A stretch of DNA of 32,000 bases, taken from contig NC_009954.1 in NCBI RefSeq assembly GCF_000018305.1, positions 300,001-332,000 of the forward strand. Reading direction: 5' to 3'. The translations under genes and the position numbers were made by a program. Numbering within the stretch: the first letter of the stretch is position 1; the number at the start of each line of letters is the position of its first letter. The notes under the pieces are model-generated. The model did not search any database. It saw only the letters and a list, made by a program, of their open reading frames with translations, and was not told the origin of the DNA. This document shows positions 27,350-32,000 of this stretch, one piece after another. Source of the DNA: Caldivirga maquilingensis IC-167. Its GTDB lineage: Archaea; Thermoproteota; Thermoprotei; Thermoproteales; Thermocladiaceae.

Positions 27350-27369
27350 TTACCTATATTTTACCTATA
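27350..27369. repeat. Tandem 9-mer 'ttacctata' x2 with 11-bp period in the regulator gene promoter
   Basis: The copies lie at 27350-27358 and 27361-27369, which is 16-35 nt upstream of the regulator ATG (27334). Each copy contains a TATA-like core on the coding strand ('tataggtaa'). Confidence 0.5.
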
Positions 27370-27389
27370 AATTTATTCCCATAAATCTC

Positions 27390-27941
27390 TTAATCAATGC
27401 TTAAATACTTTACCTTAAGCTTCTCAATAACCTGAAGCCACTTATCATGATCCACCTCGGCTTCAATATCCTCAATACTCCTACTGCTTTCAACATTATC
27501 TAAGTCCATTGCCTGAGGGAAAAGCACCTTATCCTCCTTCTCCATATGCTGATTAAGGTGTCCAGTCATCAATGCTAGATAATCCATAAGCGTGTCCTTA
27601 ATTGATTGATCACCATTAATTAATCTGCTTAATAATTCCCTATTCAACCTTATTAAATACCTGAATATTCCATGATCCATCACCATTACATTCACTGGAC
27701 TATTCTCAAAGGGATATAGTTTAATGTTTATTGATGGGAACAATATAACCTCCTCCTTAACATGATGACACTTATCCACGAAGAACTCATAGAAATCCAG
27801 TAGCATATTTATATCACTTGGATCTAATAGCTTCTCCGCAAGCATCTTATCAACTATGCTCACTGATACCTTGATTACATCATGGTCATTCATAAGGTTA
27901 TTCACTAAATCCTCAACACTAACCATACTTACCCCTTTCAA
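27390..27941 (-). CDS. Hemerythrin-like (HHE cation-binding) di-iron domain protein
   Basis: It has 'MNDHDVI', 'DKCHHVKEEVILFP', 'VMDHG' and 'HLNQHMEKEDKVLFP', the H / HHxxEE / H / HxxxED pattern of hemerythrin-like domains. The start is TTG 27941 or, more likely, ATG 27926. Confidence 0.7.
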   Translation of the reverse strand: MKGVSMVSVEDLVNNLMNDHDVIKVSVSIVDKMLAEKLLDPSDINMLLDFYEFFVDKCHHVKEEVILFPSINIKLYPFENSPVNVMVMDHGIFRYLIRLNRELLSRLINGDQSIKDTLMDYLALMTGHLNQHMEKEDKVLFPQAMDLDNVESSRSIEDIEAEVDHDKWLQVIEKLKVKYLSID

Positions 27942-27948
27942 TCTGCAC

Positions 27949-27995
27949 TATCATTAAGTTTACTTAAGTTACCGAAATCATATCATTAAGCTTAC
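27949..27995. repeat. Two 15-bp direct repeats 'tatcattaag[t/c]ttac' spaced 32 bp apart in the hemerythrin gene promoter
   Basis: The copies lie at 27949-27963 and 27981-27995 and match at 14 of 15 positions. Both are upstream of the hemerythrin-like gene start. Confidence 0.45.
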
Positions 27996-28042
27996 CGAGT
28001 ACCATTAATTAGAGGCATCATGTATGAAACTTTAATACAGAA

Positions 28043-28396
28043 TCATGAGGATTTATAAAGCTCTAAGTACTCCTTTAAGGCTACAGCATTATTATACTGC
28101 GATTTAGCCGAGTAAAGTAATGTAATAGTCTTACCTTCCTTTACCATATTCTTAAGGATAGCCACCTTAGGATTACCTTCCAATTCCTTAAAGTACCTTC
28201 TCTCGAATTCAATCCACTTACTAGGATCATGATTAAACCACCTCCTCAACTCATCACTAGGGGCTACATCCTTAAGCCATAAATCCACCTTAGCCTCCTC
28301 CCTACTAATCCCCCTAGGCCATAGCCTATCGACAAGTATCCTCACGCCATCATCACTTGATGCTCGATCATAGATTCGTTTAACTTTAATGGACAC
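28043..28396 (-). CDS. DUF488-family protein
   Basis: 'IKVKRIYD....[51 protein letters not shown]' is the characteristic DUF488 (YeaO-like) sequence pattern. The start is GTG at 28396. Confidence 0.8.
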   Translation of the reverse strand: MSIKVKRIYDRASSDDGVRILVDRLWPRGISREEAKVDLWLKDVAPSDELRRWFNHDPSKWIEFERRYFKELEGNPKVAILKNMVKEGKTITLLYSAKSQYNNAVALKEYLELYKSS

Positions 28397-28470
28397 ACAT
28401 TGATTATAGTATACTTACTTATTAATATTTCTTAAGTTACCTTTAATTGAGATACATTGAAGTAAAGTAC

Positions 28471-28506
28471 CATGTTTTAAAAGAAGTGAGGTGAAATCAC
28501 CTTCAC
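28471..28506 (-). terminator. Hairpin plus T-tract downstream of the ferredoxin-sulfite reductase operon
   Basis: On the minus strand, 'gtgaaggtga-tt-tcacctcac' forms a stem of about 8 bp with a 1-nt bulge, followed by 'ttcttttaaaac'. It starts about 50 nt after the stop at 28555. Confidence 0.4.
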
Positions 28507-28554
28507 TGGGTAAGGGATGCGGACTTAGGTTAAAGGGTGGGGATAATGCTTGAT

Positions 28555-29991
28555 TTAATCAGGTCCAAATAATGCAGTAATACTATCATTGGGTGGTTGA
28601 AATGATGGTACTTGCCTCCTTAACTCATCCCTAATGGCGTCAATACCAGTCCTCACCGCAAACTCCCTTATGTTGGGTGCCTTAGACTTCACATACATGC
28701 TTAATATAACCTTGGCCGTTAACTCAGCTTCACTGGGGTCGATAGTGCCTAGTATAAAGCCTAATTGCCTTGACGCACCCCCTATTGTGACCAGTATCCT
28801 TGTTTTGAAGCCGAAAGGCTCGAAGCCGATGTCTGAGACCCAGCTCATGCCGCAATCATGGGTACAGCCACTAATGCCGACTCTAATATGCTCCTTTAAT
28901 CCACTGATATGTACGTGTATTTTACGGCCTAGGCTCGTTGTGTCTATTAGACCTGGCGGACAGAGTTCACTACCAACGCAGGCAACTGTTATTGGGCCCT
29001 CTGGGTAGTATGGTCCTGGTTCCTTAATTTCACCATTAATTCCCCTAATCTCCTTAACATTATCCCTAATGGGTATGTAGATGCTTTGATTATTAAACAA
29101 CACTACGTAGCCTAAACCATACTCATCAGCAGCATGCGCTAACTCATCTAATTCACTGGCGGTAACCCAGCCCGTTGGGTAATGCATCTTAATAACCCTG
29201 GTGTTAATGAATGTTGGCTTAACGTCGGGTGGTTTAGGAAGCTTTGACTTAACCTCTCTAGCCACTGCCAATACCTCCTCCTTAACTTTATCGAATCCAT
29301 TAAGCTTAATGAACCATTTAAAACCCCTCCTCTCCCCACTCCTCTTAAAGACCTCAACCACACCAACTATTAACGGTAGTATATCCTCCAGTTCCACGTC
29401 ACTGAAGGCTAATTTAGCTGTGAATGCATGTTCACCAATACCCCCGCCTAGGTATATGTTGAATTTACCATTAGGCTTAGCCACAATTCCCACATCCTGG
29501 CTCACAGGTACTGCACAGGCCCTCTCACAGGCTGAAATCGATATCTTAATCCTATGCGGTAATGCCGACCCCTCATACTCACCCTTATACCTGAAGTAAT
29601 CCCCTATGAATACTGATAAGGCCTCGGCATTCACGTGGGCCAGTGGGCAGTGGTTACTGGGGCATGGTATTGGATTCCTGATGCTATTGCCGCAGGAGTC
29701 CCTTGGGTCAAGTCCAGTATCCTTAAGCTTAGCCGTAACTTCATCGAAAAGCCTGTAATCGATTTTAAAGATCTCAACATCACCCCTGGTCCCAAGCATT
29801 ACCCTACCATCACCATACCTCCTACTAACCTCTGCAATAACCCTTAATTGGCTTGAATACCACTTACTTGGGTCACGGCCAATACTCTGCCTAATCCTCA
29901 CCGAGACCCATGGGTTATCACCACGATTCTTGTAAACCCCCTCATGCCTCCTTGGGTAAACCAACTTATGTACATCAGAATACTTGAACAC
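28555..29991 (-). CDS. Siroheme-[4Fe-4S] sulfite/nitrite reductase family protein (assimilatory-type architecture)
   Basis: 478 aa built from two NIR_SIR half-domains. The C-terminal half has the canonical C338-x5-C344...C376-x3-C380 ('CVGSELC', 'CTHDC'). The N-terminal half has 'CGNSIRNPIPCPSNHC' and 'CERAC'. Confidence 0.8.
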   Translation of the reverse strand: MFKYSDVHKLVYPRRHEGVYKNRGDNPWVSVRIRQSIGRDPSKWYSSQLRVIAEVSRRYGDGRVMLGTRGDVEIFKIDYRLFDEVTAKLKDTGLDPRDSCGNSIRNPIPCPSNHCPLAHVNAEALSVFIGDYFRYKGEYEGSALPHRIKISISACERACAVPVSQDVGIVAKPNGKFNIYLGGGIGEHAFTAKLAFSDVELEDILPLIVGVVEVFKRSGERRGFKWFIKLNGFDKVKEEVLAVAREVKSKLPKPPDVKPTFINTRVIKMHYPTGWVTASELDELAHAADEYGLGYVVLFNNQSIYIPIRDNVKEIRGINGEIKEPGPYYPEGPITVACVGSELCPPGLIDTTSLGRKIHVHISGLKEHIRVGISGCTHDCGMSWVSDIGFEPFGFKTRILVTIGGASRQLGFILGTIDPSEAELTAKVILSMYVKSKAPNIREFAVRTGIDAIRDELRRQVPSFQPPNDSITALFGPD

Positions 29992-30032
29992 AATTAATCA
30001 CTTTTAATGACCCTCATCCCTAGGTTACTTAA

Positions 30033-30398
30033 CTATTGAGTCACTTGAGCAGGCTTCCCAGTTATCCCATACTTCTTAGCCCACTCCTCGAAAACCTTCT
30101 GCTCCTCCGGCGTTAATTGCCTACTAAACCTGTACCAATTATCCTTAGGCCTAGCTGTCTCAGGGGATTCAGGTGTCTTCCAAATGCAGTTAACTGGACA
30201 GACTGGGATGCAGGAGAAGTCGTCGATGCACCAATCCCAAATTAACCTAGCTTTCCCATTCTCATCAAGCTCCCATGCATTGGTTGGGCAGACACTAACA
30301 CAGGCACCGCAGCCTATGCATATGTCCTGGTCATCAATAACCCTCATGTATTTCCTTAAACCCTCTGGGGTTGTGGGTATTTCACTACGCCTGGACAT
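30033..30398 (-). CDS. Ferredoxin-like FeS protein (probable [4Fe-4S]+[3Fe-4S] type) with C-terminal extension
   Basis: It has 'CIGCGACVSVCP' (CxxCxxCxxxCP) and 'CIDDFSCIPVCP' (C-x5-C-x3-CP, as in Sulfolobus-type 7Fe ferredoxins). A GGTGAGG Shine-Dalgarno sequence precedes the ATG. It lies 41 nt upstream of the reductase gene. Confidence 0.8.
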   Translation of the reverse strand: MSRRSEIPTTPEGLRKYMRVIDDQDICIGCGACVSVCPTNAWELDENGKARLIWDWCIDDFSCIPVCPVNCIWKTPESPETARPKDNWYRFSRQLTPEEQKVFEEWAKKYGITGKPAQVTQ

Positions 30399-30586
30399 GA
30401 AGCCTCACCAGTTGAGTTAACCCACTGTGGGATTATACATATTTCTATAGGTACTGTTCACGTTGATTCACCATTAAAGTCCACATGCACCCTAACTAAT
30501 GATTAATGAAAGCACTCCATTAGGGGAAGTCATTAACTTAAGCATGGGTTAATGCTTTAAGGCAATTAGCCTCCCCCTTAACCCTA

Positions 30587-31420
30587 ATGCTAATAATTAA
30601 TGCCGCCCCAGCATTATCAACAGCCTTCATTTGGGCGTGGGCATCAGTGACGTATAAGGATTTCATGAGTAGGTTAAACCCATTAACCGTTAACTTCCTT
30701 AGGATGCTTTACACCACCATTGCCTTAGCTATTCCAGCGGCCTTAATTGGCTTTAACGCTGGGGCTATGTGGGGTTCATTAAGTGGTCTATTATCCTTAG
30801 CCTTAGGTGACTCCATGTACTTAATGGCCATTAACTACACTGGAGTCTCAGTGGCTGCCCCAATATCATACTCCTACATACCCCTCTCAGTACTTATGGC
30901 TACCCTACTGGGTGAACCATTAACAATACTTAAGGTTACCTCAGGATTACTGATAATGCTCGGTGTATACATGTTATCCAGGGAGAGGACTAAGGTAACG
31001 CTTAGGGGTGTGACCTTAGCCCTCGGTACCGCGGTTGCTTGGGCTCTTGGTCAAACCATGATAAAGGTGGCTGACGTTAATGGCTTAAACCCAGTATCCA
31101 TAGCCTTCATTAGGGTTGCCACTGCGGGATTAGTTCTACTGCTGGTTAACCACATGATGCATAATAATTTAGCCACCGCCATAAAGGCAACTATACGCAC
31201 CCGCCTACCCCTAGTGGCTGTACTGGACCTGGGTATTGGGGTTGCCTTATTCGCATACTCAGTTAACCTAATAGGACTTGGCTTAACAGTAATAGTAACG
31301 GGCTGCATGCCGTTGATAGCTCAGGTAATGGCTAAGTTCATGGTTGGGGAAAGAATAACCGTGACTAAGATCACTGGGGCAGTGGTAATAGTACTGGCAA
31401 TAACCACAGCCTTCCTATAG
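30587..31420 (+). CDS. EamA/DMT-superfamily transporter
   Basis: 277 aa with about 9-10 hydrophobic helices in two similar halves, the typical EamA layout. The substrate is unknown. Confidence 0.75.
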   Translation: MLIINAAPALSTAFIWAWASVTYKDFMSRLNPLTVNFLRMLYTTIALAIPAALIGFNAGAMWGSLSGLLSLALGDSMYLMAINYTGVSVAAPISYSYIPLSVLMATLLGEPLTILKVTSGLLIMLGVYMLSRERTKVTLRGVTLALGTAVAWALGQTMIKVADVNGLNPVSIAFIRVATAGLVLLLVNHMMHNNLATAIKATIRTRLPLVAVLDLGIGVALFAYSVNLIGLGLTVIVTGCMPLIAQVMAKFMVGERITVTKITGAVVIVLAITTAFL

Positions 31421-31456
31421 GGCTTAAATTAAGTTAATTGCAGTATATTCAATGAT

Positions 31457-31813
31457 TCAAGCTAAGTTAATCACAATGGCTAGTATTATAGCGAATTCAA
31501 GGAGCTCATAGAAGCCGTAGTACATTAACACCTGCTTACTCGCATACCTACCCAAGTAGCCCTTAAAGTAGGCGAATACACCGATTAAGTGAATGATTAA
31601 CATCAGTACGATTAGCAGCATTAACCATGTTGGCAGCATACTTAACGCCAGTGAACTAACTAATACGTAGTATAGAACCTCAAAAACTGAAACATAAACA
31701 CCCACCCTCCTAGGTATGCTTAAGCCTCTAAATCCTAGGTATGAACCTGCAGCATGAATAAACAACATGACCACTGAACTAGGTAGTATTACTAGGGACG
31801 CGGGTACACTCAC
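31457..31813 (-). CDS. Hypothetical small membrane protein (118 aa, ~4 TM)
   Basis: The ORF is strongly hydrophobic ('LMLLIVLMLIIHLIGVFAYF'). No family was recognised. Confidence 0.45.
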   Translation of the reverse strand: MSVPASLVILPSSVVMLFIHAAGSYLGFRGLSIPRRVGVYVSVFEVLYYVLVSSLALSMLPTWLMLLIVLMLIIHLIGVFAYFKGYLGRYASKQVLMYYGFYELLEFAIILAIVINLA

Positions 31814-32000
31814 TAGAAGGTAACTAACTAGGTTAAATTTACTTTACCCATGTTACCTGGAACCTTAACCTTAAGGGTAAGGTTACGTATCCTCTACCTC
31901 ATGAATAACTTTAATGCTTAAACGTGGTGGTGAAGCTAAGTTGATGGCTAATCAACTAAGGGTCAGGATAAGGGTTTATGAACATGGGGTTAGTTGATAC

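Noticed and set aside
1284-31308. Many 60-130-aa ORFs lie antisense to or nested within larger genes. They are 1284-1469, 2026-2223, 4145-4342, 5172-5369, 5420-5638, 7266-7481, 8103-8315, 9823-10011, 10032-10238, 10971-11162, 12245-12466, 12340-12546, 13852-14034, 15937-16218, 16664-16918, 18469-18726, 22270-22509, 22604-22876, 22647-22853, 24743-24970, 25117-25431, 28634-29008, 29148-29366, 29201-29599, 29635-29847, 30184-30420 and 31051-31308.
   Set aside because: Each lies wholly inside a longer ORF with clear family motifs. Their compositions are low-complexity and Ser/Leu/Pro/Thr-rich, typical of off-frame or antisense translation, and none has promoter or Shine-Dalgarno support.
31861-31884. 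There is a 10-bp imperfect hairpin 'aaccttaacc-ttaa-gggtaaggtt' near the right edge of the window.
   Set aside because: It has one mismatch, lies upstream of a minus-strand gene start, and lies next to sequence that runs off the window. It could be a terminator for an unseen gene, but this cannot be interpreted without the flanking sequence.
1-32000. I looked for CRISPR arrays, IS elements and long repeats.
   Set aside because: Reading both strands, I saw no regularly spaced direct repeats of 24-40 bp, no transposase-like ORFs and no long terminal inverted repeats. Only the short promoter-region repeats already listed were found. A computational self-dot-plot would be needed to exclude longer diverged repeats.

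Overview
The window looks like a densely packed chromosomal segment from an archaeon. It is probably a thermophilic, sulfur-metabolising crenarchaeon of the Thermoproteales (Vulcanisaeta/Caldivirga-like). That assignment is an inference from four things: archaeal aRF1, archaeal NMN adenylyltransferase and Sua5; TATA-like boxes about 25 nt upstream of many start codons (leaderless mRNAs); GGTGA-type Shine-Dalgarno sequences at operon-internal starts; and hand-sampled 60-nt blocks with roughly 45-52% G+C in core genes. I support about 33 protein-coding genes, one tRNA(CAU) and one probable frameshifted pseudogene. I saw no rRNA, CRISPR array, transposase or integrase. All three stop codons terminate ORFs. 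There are four points of interest. (1) At 8.7-13.7 kb, a translationally coupled operon encodes a NarI/HdrE-like cytochrome b, AprB, AprA, Sat and an unknown 122-aa ORF. It is preceded by a GlcD-like flavoprotein and a 103-aa FeS protein that lacks CCG domains. Together these may form an unusual electron-input route to APS reductase in place of Qmo. (2) At 24.4-30.4 kb, a minus-strand block encodes ferredoxin, siroheme sulfite/nitrite reductase, DUF488, a hemerythrin-like protein, an HTH_10 regulator and quinol NO reductase. A 22-bp palindrome lies in the qNOR promoter. (3) At 17.6-19.4 kb, an AT-rich islet of about 1.75 kb holds an orphan gene pair and a frameshifted DUF4258-like toxin remnant. 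(4) At 23.7-24.4 kb there is an unexplained AT-rich non-coding spacer of about 0.7 kb. All family assignments rest on motif recognition by eye; no database search was run.
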